Source: an uncultured delta proteobacterium (GTDB lineage Bacteria; Desulfobacterota; Binatia; Binatales; Binataceae). From it: a stretch of 64,000 nucleotides of DNA. The notes under the pieces are model-generated. The model searched no databases. It was given only the letters and a program-made list of their open reading frames with translations, and was not told where the DNA came from. Every line of letters starts with the position of its first letter. Within the stretch, counting starts at the first letter, position 1. Positions 54,586-64,000 of the stretch are shown in pieces. Where the stretch lies: positions 84,114-148,113 of the forward strand of contig CAWDTQ010000010.1 in assembly GCA_963805315.1 (NCBI GenBank), written 5' to 3'. Both the position numbers and the translations under genes were made by a program.

Positions 54586-57327
54586 CTACTTCACTGCGTA
54601 AAATTTCACCCCGTTCCCGTTGTCGCAGACGAAGGAGGTCGAAAGACCCGTGCAAGTGCCGGCGGGCAGCGCCGTGGATATCGCAGAGGGGTTGCTCTGC
54701 AGGGTGGCGAGATTGATCTGCACCAGGAAGTCGTCGGCACTGTTCAACACATAGCCGAGATTGTTCGTCACATCGACGATGGTCGCGTATGGGATACCCT
54801 GCGCCGAGAACGGGCTGGCAGCGGGAGTGTTTGGAATCGAAGAATGCGCCAAGGCCGTGACGTTGGCCGAGGTCAACTGAGTAAGCGTCGAAGTCGGCAA
54901 ACCCAGAAGTGCGATCGATGGACCATGGTACTCAGTTAGAAAGGCCTGATGGGTGATAGGGTTGACCGTGACTGAAGGCATATTGGTGCCGGTTCCGGTG
55001 TCGATATTCACCGAATTGGGCGGAGTGCCACCTTCGTTGAGTGTGCAAGGTGAGACCATCTCGTCGAAGGTCGCGCCGTTCAAATTGATCACGGTTGCGC
55101 TCGGCGAATTGAAATTCCCGATCACGGCGAGATGGGTCGTGGGATCGTATCCGGCAGTGTCAGGGTCAGCGGCAAGGGTGTTGACACTGCCGTCGGAGAT
55201 TATGCACCCGCCGGAATTGGCGAGATCGATCGCATTCATCCCTACCCCCGTTCCAACACCCGGGTCCAACGTATCCGATGGCGCGATTATCGTCCCGCTG
55301 AATGCGTCCAGCCCAAATGCGTCCGGCAGCGCCGCCTGGATTACGGGGCTGTACAGCTGGGTCGACAGGTTAAACGACGCAAACCCGGTACAGGTACCCG
55401 CAGTCGGACAAGTGGCGGCGTCTCCAGTCGACACGATCGCAGTATTGTTCATCGCATCGTAAAGAACCTGCCCAACAGCGCCGCCGCTTGTGATCCCGGT
55501 GACCTCCGAGTCGGCTCCTGTGGGAAACGCAAAAGGTGAACCGCTCTTCAAACTGAGAGTGTTCTCATCGATGAGATCGAGAAAGCCGCCATTGCCGGAC
55601 AAACCGCTGCTCACCATGACCAGATGGCCGGTCGGGTTAACGGCGACGCCCCCCGGTAGGTCGGCATGACCGAGATCGATGATCGTCACTCGGGGGTCAC
55701 TCTGATCAGGATCAACGCCGACGTTGATCACTGCGACCTGACCGTGGCCGGCCGTGTTAAACGTCGGCAGGGCTACGAAGGCAAGGTGTGCTGTCGGATC
55801 GACCGCAAAAACACTCGAATTGGTCGAAATCTGAGGAACTGACGGCGTCGGGGTCGCAGTCGCGGTTGCGGTCGATGTGGCCGTCGCCGTTGCGGTCCGG
55901 GTCGCAGTTGCGGTCGCTGTCGATGTGGCCGTCGCCGTTGCAGTTGCAGTCCGGGTCGCGGTTGCGGTCGATGTGGCCGTTGCGGTCCGGGTCGCAGTTG
56001 CGCTCGCCGTCGCCGTCGTGGTTGCCGTCGCGGTTGCAGTTGCCGTCGAAGTCGCGGTCGGCGTGGCGGTCGCAGTCTTGGTTGCTGTGGCGGTCGGACT
56101 CGCGGTCGCGGTGGCCGTCTGTGTAACCGTCGCGCTCGCTGTGGCTGTAGCCGTCGCGGTCGCTGTCGCCGTCCTGGTCGCCGTCGCGGTTGGACTCGTG
56201 GTCGAGGTCGCTGTCGAAGTTGGCGTGACGGTCGCCGTTGCTGTAGGCGTCGAAGTCGCGGTGTTGGTTGTGGTCGCCGTGGCTGTAGCCGTCGCGGTCG
56301 CCGTCGCAGTCCTAGTCGCCGTCGCGGTTGAACTCGTGGTCGAGGTCGCCGTCGAAGTCGCAGTGCTGGTTGTGGTCGCCGTGGGCGTAGCCGTCGACGT
56401 CGCAGTCCTGGTCGCCGTGGCCGTTGGACTCGTGGTCGAGGTCGCGGTCGAAGTCGGGGTGGCGGTCGCAGTCCTGGTTGCGGTGGCGGTGGCCGTCTGC
56501 GTGACGGTTGCGCTCGCGGTTGCCGTAGCCGTCGACGTCGCTGTCCTGGTTGCCGTCGCAGTTGGACTCGTGGACGAAGTCGCCGTCGAGGTTGGCGTCA
56601 CGGTGGCAGTCGCCGTTGGCGTCGGCGTCGCAGTGTTGGTTGTGGTCGCCGTGGGCGTTGCTGTCGACGTCGCAGTCCTGGTCGATGTCGCGGTACTGGT
56701 CGCCGTCGCTGTTGGACTCGTGGACGAGGTCGCCGTCGACGTTGGCGTGACGGTGGCAGTTGCCGTTGCGGTCGCCGTCTTGCTCGTAGTCGCGGTCGCC
56801 GTCGCGGTGGTGGTCGGCGTCGATGTCGTGGTCGCAGTTGCGCTCGACGTCGGCGTCGATGTCGCAGTCGCGGTGGGCGTCGGCGTCGCACCCACACCCG
56901 TACAGCTCAGACCGACTGTCTGCGTCTGTTGGTTGCGGGGTCCGACGGTGAAGATGAACGTGAGCGTCCCGGTTACAGTCCCGGTCGCCGTCGGCTGGCA
57001 CTCGACGTTAATTTGACACGACTGCGCGCCGCCCAGTGAGCTGTCGCAAGTGTCACCAACCTTTAGGAATGGTGATGAAGCGGCGATGCTCGCAAGATCG
57101 ATCGTGGCTTTTTTGGAGCTGTTAGAGACCAGCACCGTTTGCGGCGCGCTAGCCGTCCCCGCGTCCACATTACCGAAGTTAAGGCTCTTGGGACTGAACT
57201 TCAGGTGCGCGTTTCCTGCGAATTGCGCGAAGGCTGGTGCAGGTGCGGCCAATCCGATCGCAAGAAGAAATGCGACCGTCAGAACCGAAAATCCAGCGAT
57301 GTACGAATCCGGACGCGACATGCACAC
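54586..57327 (-). CDS. Secreted protein: N-terminal Ig-like domain, ~345-aa Thr/Ala stalk, C-terminal YVTN-like propeller
   Basis: Signal peptide; FSPKSLNFGNV..G..S...TV.VSN; stalk 55845-56895; blades AVDPTAHLAFVA, AVNPTGHLVMV, VTVNPITHQAFL. Confidence 0.75.
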   Translation of the reverse strand: MCMSRPDSYIAGFSVLTVAFLLAIGLAAPAPAFAQFAGNAHLKFSPKSLNFGNVDAGTASAPQTVLVSNSSKKATIDLASIAASSPFLKVGDTCDSSLGGAQSCQINVECQPTATGTVTGTLTFIFTVGPRNQQTQTVGLSCTGVGATPTPTATATSTPTSSATATTTSTPTTTATATATTSKTATATATATVTPTSTATSSTSPTATATSTATSTRTATSTATPTATTTNTATPTPTATATVTPTSTATSSTSPTATATRTATSTATATASATVTQTATATATRTATATPTSTATSTTSPTATATRTATSTATPTATTTSTATSTATSTTSSTATATRTATATATATATATTTNTATSTPTATATVTPTSTATSTTSPTATATRTATATATATATASATVTQTATATASPTATATKTATATPTATSTATATATATTTATASATATRTATATSTATATRTATATATATSTATATATRTATATATSTATATATPTPSVPQISTNSSVFAVDPTAHLAFVALPTFNTAGHGQVAVINVGVDPDQSDPRVTIIDLGHADLPGGVAVNPTGHLVMVSSGLSGNGGFLDLIDENTLSLKSGSPFAFPTGADSEVTGITSGGAVGQVLYDAMNNTAIVSTGDAATCPTAGTCTGFASFNLSTQLYSPVIQAALPDAFGLDAFSGTIIAPSDTLDPGVGTGVGMNAIDLANSGGCIISDGSVNTLAADPDTAGYDPTTHLAVIGNFNSPSATVINLNGATFDEMVSPCTLNEGGTPPNSVNIDTGTGTNMPSVTVNPITHQAFLTEYHGPSIALLGLPTSTLTQLTSANVTALAHSSIPNTPAASPFSAQGIPYATIVDVTNNLGYVLNSADDFLVQINLATLQSNPSAISTALPAGTCTGLSTSFVCDNGNGVKFYAVK

Positions 57328-58285
57328 CCCCCTGACGAACAGGGCCTGAACGAACGTCTTCTAAAGCACCCACCATCACCTTCCCGCCCAAACAAATTTG
57401 CCAATTGGTGTCAGAATGGGAACAAGCCCAGCTAGGCTCAAATCCCGATACGTAACCGTAATATGGCTTAGCATCTGGACGGGTTTGCTGCAAATGGAAA
57501 ATTCGAGGCGCCCGGGTTGTGCTTTTTGAACGAATTCGCGGGTTTCGGCGGTCACACGGCACTGACTGTCACGCCGGTCCGTGCTCCCGTCCCCAGCCAC
57601 AGGAAGAAAACGAAATAGTGAGAGTCGCAGCATATTGCTGAACCGATCGATCCGTCTGACGGTGGTGGTCAATGCGGCTGCCACGAGCATGATCGCAAGA
57701 ATAATTCATATCCACGACGCGGCGGTCGAGGCTCCCAGGACCCGACGCATCATCGGGATCCAGGCATGACAGACAGTTGATGTGTGCCGACACTTGGTAG
57801 AGACAACAGGCACGGGGCAGGCGAGCGTTGCATGATGCGGCCGATTTATGCCTGTGGAAAATCAGCGAATTCCTTTTAGCGACCATTCCCATGCGTCAAT
57901 GTACGGACCCAACTTACCATGGGACCATTTGTGTTTAATGATTTTTATTTGACTCACCGCACGTCGTTAAAAATTTGACTTAGTCTTGGACGAGGGTGAT
58001 TGTGTTTGCGAACGAAAGCAAGTTTACTGGCTGCGGGAGGAACGCTGACGGTGAGCCGCGTCAGTTGCCGGCAGTCAGCGATCGTCCGTGTGGTGGTGGA
58101 GGAGATAGGGCGCGTTACGAATCCGCCCGAAGTCAAAAGCGGGCACTTGCACTAACGCTGGGAGGGGATCATGAAGCATTGTGTTTTCTTATGCAGCGGC
58201 GGTTATCTCCGTGTTGATGCGTCTCTAGTTGTAAAGTGACAGCAGTGTTGCTGCCCACACGGACACATAGAGGAAGGAGTCCATC

Positions 58286-58630
58286 GTGAAAATTCTGAGT
58301 TCCCGAAGTGGACGGGTTTTGTTGAGCGCCGCGACGATCTTCGCCGTGGTCGCGGTAGGCATGCAGCGGGGTCAGATTGTGCTGGCCGTGGCGTCCGCCC
58401 AGACCCCGAACGATAGCAATAGCAACCTCAATGCTCAGAAAGAGGAACAACTCCGCAAACTTCAAGAGAAGGAGTTCATCCGCGAGCATTCGGATGCTTC
58501 CGGAAAGCTGCGGCCGGACCTTTGGCGCAATGGGATAGAGCAGCAGAAGAAGATGCAGGTCGCACCCTACATCGGCTGGCATCCACCGTCCGAGAGCGCA
58601 GCAAAGTCGTCGCCCGCCGCCACCAAGTAG
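58286..58630 (+). CDS. Small exported protein resembling a pro-region
   Basis: aaggag RBS before GTG; signal peptide; EFIREHSDASGKLRPDLWRNGIEQQKKM. Confidence 0.6.
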   Translation: MKILSSRSGRVLLSAATIFAVVAVGMQRGQIVLAVASAQTPNDSNSNLNAQKEEQLRKLQEKEFIREHSDASGKLRPDLWRNGIEQQKKMQVAPYIGWHPPSESAAKSSPAATK

Positions 58631-58701
58631 CGGTGAGCTAGTCACTCGTACTCTCTTCGGGGGAAGGGCGTGGTTCTGCCGATTTCTGGGAGGACAAAAT
58701 A

Positions 58702-61700
58702 GTGCGTCGACAAATTCTTGTTGTAGTCACATTCGTAGCGGTGGTTCTGATGGCCGGGACGGCGACGTTCCTGGCAGTTTTGCACGCGGGCGGGTCTCCG
58801 GGCGTGCAATGGAATCAGATCGGACCGGCCCCGGAGCAAATCGATTCCCCAGACTGTTGCCAAGGTAGTCTGGACGTCTCGGGTGAGACCGTCGATGTCG
58901 CGATCGATCCGCGCGGATCGTCGGACCAAATCATCTTCATCGCAACGCAGGATGGCGGCATCTGGCAGTCACAGGACGGCGGAACTACCTGGCGCACGAC
59001 CACGGATTTTCTGAGCTCACTCTCGATGGGGTCGGTGGCGCTGGATCCGGGCAATCCCTCCGTCGTCTACGCGGGCACTGGCGATCCGGCGCAGACCGGC
59101 TTTTTCAAAGGAATCGGAATCTACCAAGTCAACTGACGACGGCAACACCTGGACGCTGGTTCCCGCAAACGGCTTCAATTTCAACCGTCAAGGGGTCCGG
59201 CGTATCGCGATGCCAAATCCGAACACGCTGCTGGCCGCCACCGGCGCCGGACTGGCACTGTCGATAGACGGAGGTAATAACTTCACGACCGTGCTGCTCG
59301 GGGCTATCGACGATATCCACGTAGACACAGCGGCGACGACCACCTCAGCGACACCGCAGACGGTTTACGCGGCGGTTGACAGCACTGGAATCTTCCGCAC
59401 CCCCGATAGCGGCGCGACCTGGACGAACTTGTGGACCGTATCCAACGGTTCACCGCTCAGCGTGGCGAATTTTACGCCCGGGTTTATTTCGTTCAGCCAA
59501 TCGACCCAGCCGAACAACCAGACGATATATGCCAGCGTCCAGAACACAAACGGATTGGCTGTAAATCCCAAGTGGGGTTTGTTCGTTTCGACCGACAGCG
59601 GGGCTACCTGGACCCAGGCAGCCGCGAGCGGGAATCCGAGCAACAATTGCACCCAGTGCGGTTACGACCAAACGATCGGAGTCGAGCCGCGCGACGCTAC
59701 GAAGGTTTTTCTCGGTTTTGTGGACGATTGGCAATCAACCGATAGTGGCGCGACCTTTACCGAGATCGGCCACGGCGTGGTTCACAACGACCACCATGCA
59801 CTAGTCTTCAGCCCGCACGTACCGGGTTCCGGCTCGACGCCATTTTATGACGGCCAGGACGGCGGGATCGCACTATTTAACGGGAGCACCTTCAGCTCGC
59901 TCAACGGGCCGAATCCGGGTGCCGGAAAAGCGTTAGCCACCAACCTGCTTCGCAACATGGATATCGGGCGCGGCAGCTCGGCCAACAACAAGTTTACCTA
60001 TGGCGGCATGCAGGACACGGGAACGGCGCAGTTCACTTCTTCGAGCACGCCGACAACCTGGCATCTGAATCTCGGCGGCGACGGCGCAGGAGTTGCGGTC
60101 GATCCGTTTAATCCGATGCACGCGGTAGGAATGGCGGACGCGTGTTTGAACGTCACCACCAACGGCGGTGGCGGTTGGTCCGGCGCGAGCATACCTGGCT
60201 TCGTGGGGGCCCTCGGTTTCAACTTCGGAAACACTCTGGCCTTCGACCAGGTTAGCAGCGCCGGTCCGACCGACAATACGGTGTATGCTTCAACCCTGGT
60301 GGCGACTTCGGCGCCGGTAGCCAGTTGCTTCGGGATTTGCTTCGGTTTTGGGAATACAGGTACATGCACCGGGCCGGAGCTGTTCAGGAGCACCGACGGT
60401 GGATCGACTTACGCGCAGTTCGGAACTCCGGTAACGTACCCGGCGCAGATCAACGCAATCGCGACGGTGAAGATCGATCCAGCCACCGTCTGGCTCGCCC
60501 TTAACGACGGCACACTTCGAGTTAGCACGAACGCGACCAGCGGATCGCCGAGCTTTGCGGCGCCGCCGACGCAGCCATCGGTAGGCGGAGCGCCGGCCAC
60601 AGCGCTTGCGATCGATCCGAGCGACACCAAAACAGTGGTGGTCACGTTCGGCTCGCCGACGGTTCAGGTCGAAATGACCACCGATGGCGGGCTGACGTGG
60701 ACGGATATCAGCGCCGGACTGCCTTCCCTGCCGGCGCACGCGGTGGTGATCGATCCGAGCACCAATCCGCACACGATCATTATCAGCAATGATGCTGGCG
60801 TCCTGCAGACCGCCGACAGTGGCTTGACATGGCAAGTGCTGGGCATCGGGATGCCGACCGTAGATGTGGTTTCGCTGCAGCTCGACGCGAGCGTGACGCC
60901 GGAGGTGCTGCGCGCGGGAACCTTCGGGCGCAGTGCTTTCGACTTGGGACCGCCAACGGGGCCGCTGATAGCGGTCAACAGCACTTTCAACTTCGGCACG
61001 CTTTGCCCGGGGCAGACGCCAACCGAACTGTTGCAGATATTCAATGTGGGGACTTCAGACTTGAAAATTTCGAGTATCACCCCGATTCCAGTGAATCCCG
61101 ATTTCGCGCTGAGCGGGCCGGGCTTTCCGGTGACGATACCAGCGGGTGAGGAGGTCGACTTTACGATCAGCTTCACACCGACGCTGCTGCAGGAAGGAAC
61201 GACCCAGACGCAGACCTACCAGATCAACAGCAACAGCGTGGTCAATCCGAGCGACTCGGTAACCTACACAGCGATGGTGGGGGAGCCTATGATTAACGTG
61301 ACCGGCACTGGGATTTTTGGCTCCGCGGTCTGCACCGGAACGTCTCCCGCTCCAGAGCAAATGCTGGAAATCAACAACCTCGGCACCTGCGACCTCAACG
61401 TGAAGGGGTCGCCCATGACGATGATCATCTGTCCTGGGGGTTTCCCAGACTTCACGCTGGTGAATCCCAACGAGTTCCCGGCGACGATTAGTCCTGACTC
61501 GGGCCTCGGAGTCGGCGTCAACTTCACGCCCACGTCGACAGGACTAAAGTCGTGCAATCTCACGATCATCAGCAATGACCCGACCGGTCCCACAGTTATT
61601 CCGTTGACCGGCACCGAGGGTTCCGGAAGCATCAGCGTAACCGGCAGCGGCGATTTCGGTAACGAGGTTTGCGGCGGTAAGGCTCCGCCGCAGACGCTGC

Positions 61701-62742
61701 GGATCAACAACCTCGGCCCTTGCAACCTACATGTGAACGGGTTTCCGATGACGCAGATCGTCTGTCCCATTACAGTCAACAATCCAAGCGGTCTGCCCCA
61801 ATTCACTCTGGTTAACCCGCTTGAGTTCCCCGCGAACATCAGTGCGGACTCGGGCCTTGACGTCGGCATCAACTTCACGCCGACACAAGCGGGAGTACAG
61901 ACATGCACTCTCGAAATCTCAAGCGACGATCCGACCGTTATTGGCACACAAATATAACTCTGACTGGGGGTACGCCGCTCGGTTCGTCTGAGGTGAAGGT
62001 GACGGTGCCGCCGGGATTAACCTTCCCGCCGACCGTCATTCAGCAGAATGCGGCGTGTTCCTCGACGGTGGGTGTGCCGATCACCAACGCAGGCGCGTGT
62101 CCGGTAAACTTCCCGGCGCAGCCACCGAGCCCGGGTGGAGACGTCGACATCCTTACCCAATCCAGTACCAACCCTCCGGGCTTCGACTATATGCTGACCG
62201 GAGTCCCCGGATTGACCAGCCCGACGCTGGGGGGACCGGTCGCGCAGATACTCGAACCGGGCGGTCAACTTGGTGCGGGAGATCTGAATCTGGTCTTCGC
62301 GCCGTTCCAGATAAGGCGTCAGAGCACGGGTACAGTGACCGTCCAGTTCGAAGACGATCCGATCCTTCACACTATCGCTACCGATCTTGTGCCGGTCTGT
62401 GGCGAGGCCGTCCAGCGCGGGCTGCGCGTGCTGGTAACTCGTGGTGGAGTTGCGGTACCGGTGGTGACGAAAATCGAGCTGCAGACCACGTTCGCACCGC
62501 ACCAGCCCTTTACCCATCAGACCATCCAGAACGCGCTGTTGAGGACCATATCCGGCACACCGCCCTGCGCGTCGTTCCAGTACCACGCGGAATTTGGCGG
62601 CAACACCAATTCCGCACAGCTCAAACCCGGAGTGTATCGCCTGAAGGTCTGGCTCAAGGTCGGCAAGAAAACCTTGACGTCGATCGTCCGAGTCAACCTC
62701 GACCAGTGCACCTTCAACCAGAATGTCATAGTGGCGTTCTGA
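58702..62742 (+). CDS. Secreted BNR/Vps10-like beta-propeller protein with Ig-like domains; frameshifts ~59130 and ~61950
   Basis: WNQIGPAP, Asp-boxes (SQDGGTTW, STDSGATW, TTDGGLTW), LRAGTFGRSAF, then FGTLCPG...IFNVGTSDL.I repeats. Confidence 0.8.
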
Positions 62743-62757
62743 TCGTGTAAAAACGCC

Positions 62758-62790
62758 GGGGCGGCCGCGAGTTTAACCTCGCGGCCGCCC
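62758..62790. terminator. Hairpin between convergent genes
   Basis: gggcggccgcgag-tttaac-ctcgcggccgccc; T-run follows on the minus strand. Confidence 0.7.
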
Positions 62791-62901
62791 TGAAAGCTCA
62801 CGCCGCAAACTCCTCTGCGGCAGGCGTTCTATCAAGGTTTCCGCGCTCGTCATTCAGGATAAGGTTTTGAGCGGCTGCGCAGCGCTGCTCGATTTGAGCG
62901 C

Positions 62902-64000
62902 TCACTCGTAGCGCAGCGCCTCGATGGGATCGAGCCTTGAGGCTTTGCGCGCCGGATACCATCCGAAGAACAGCCCGACCGCCGCCGCGAAGGCAAACCC
63001 GCCGAACACTGCAGTCGGCGAAATCAGGGTCGGCCAGGACGCGAGCGCGGACAGTATCTTGGACGCGACTATTCCCAGCACGACGCCCGCGAGTCCTCCC
63101 ACGATGCTGAGCAGGGCGGACTCCACCAGGAACTGAAGAAGTATCTGCAAACGGCGCGCTCCGACCGCCATGCGGATTCCGATCTCTCGCGTTCGCTCAG
63201 TAACCGATACCAGCATGATGTTCATGATTCCGATTCCGCCGACCAGCAGCGAAATCGACGCAACAGCAGCCAGGAGGAGCGTCATCACTGCGCTGGCGCT
63301 TTCCGAGGCTTGTGCTATTTCGCTCAGGCTGCGGACGGTGAAGTCGTCGTCCTCACGAGGACCGATGCGATGACGCCGATGCAACAATTGCTGGACCTGC
63401 CTTTGCACCGAATCGACTTCCTGGGCGGTACGAGCCTTGATGAAGAGCAGATTCACTACGCCCGAGATCTTTGACGAACCACCGAATGGGCTGATCATCG
63501 TGATACTTGCTGCATAGATCGGACTGGTGGCGGTGGTGCTCGGCACACCGACGTACGGGTTGAGCACAGGATTGCTCGATCCGGTGGAGCTTGCGGGAAC
63601 GCTCGCTGTTACTTGGGAGGTTCCCAGTACCTTTCGCTCCGCGGTGTTGAAGGGAAGGAGGACCACGTCGTCCTGATCAGTGCCGAAGCTGGACTGCCCC
63701 TTGACGCCGAGGACACCGACCACGCGCAGGGGGAAATTCTTCACCCGGACGACCATGCCGACCGGATCCTCACCCGGACCGAACAGATTGTTCACCACCG
63801 TGCGTCCAAGCAGGCACACCGGCGCGGCGCTGCGCTCTTCCTCGTCCGTAAAGTTGCGCCCATCGACCACCGGCCAGTCGCGAATCGTCAGGTAGATGGG
63901 AGTAGTGCCGGCGATGCTGGTGCTCCAGTTCTGATGCGCGTACACGACCTGCGCCACTTGGTGGTTCGCATAGCTGACCGCTGCAGCGCCGAGCACTTCT
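62902..64000 (-). CDS. MacB/FtsX-family ABC transporter permease (5' end outside the window)
   Basis: GRNFT..E, VSLLVGGIGIMNIMLVSVTERTREIGIRMAVGA-type motif, YPARKASRLDPIEALRYE. Confidence 0.92.
   Translation of the reverse strand, partial: EVLGAAAVSYANHQVAQVVYAHQNWSTSIAGTTPIYLTIRDWPVVDGRNFTDEEERSAAPVCLLGRTVVNNLFGPGEDPVGMVVRVKNFPLRVVGVLGVKGQSSFGTDQDDVVLLPFNTAERKVLGTSQVTASVPASSTGSSNPVLNPYVGVPSTTATSPIYAASITMISPFGGSSKISGVVNLLFIKARTAQEVDSVQRQVQQLLHRRHRIGPREDDDFTVRSLSEIAQASESASAVMTLLLAAVASISLLVGGIGIMNIMLVSVTERTREIGIRMAVGARRLQILLQFLVESALLSIVGGLAGVVLGIVASKILSALASWPTLISPTAVFGGFAFAAAVGLFFGWYPARKASRLDPIEALRYE

Noticed and set aside
1-64000. tRNA, rRNA or riboswitch
   Set aside because: No cloverleaf or conserved rRNA/riboswitch motif recognised by eye; a tRNAscan/Rfam run would be needed to exclude them.

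Overview
GC-rich bacterial chromosome segment. The gene style (F420/flavin LLM oxidoreductases, many Thr/Ala-stalked Ig-anchored secreted proteins) resembles soil Candidatus Binatota; this is inference only. No rRNA, tRNA or CRISPR array was seen. There are four main components. (1) A family of large modular exported proteins built from a variable head (Phi-1-like, NHL, FG-GAP, S53 protease, BNR, other propellers), an alternating-Thr stalk and Ig-like (ASPM-SPD-2-Hydin/choice-of-anchor-D-like) domains. Near-identical anchor cassettes sit on unrelated heads, with recombination scars. (2) An ~8.8 kb Mu-like phage module (20615-29413). A CI/LexA-type repressor is divergent from a Zn-finger, Mor, endolysin, spanins, holin, gp25/26/27, terminase and portal operon. 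It has no transposase, head or tail genes, looks host-like in composition, and is studded with host palindromic repeats. This is the best candidate for a domesticated, undescribed system (split GTA or lysis/packaging module). (3) Metabolic genes, including an oxidase-PhnX-phosphonate monoester hydrolase trio, a BVMO, a carboxyltransferase and hemG. (4) Two families of REP-like hairpin repeats, plus a two-gene cassette flanked by a duplicated hemG 3' end. At least a dozen genes carry single-base frameshifts, many probably long-read indel errors, so pseudogene status cannot be decided from this sequence alone.
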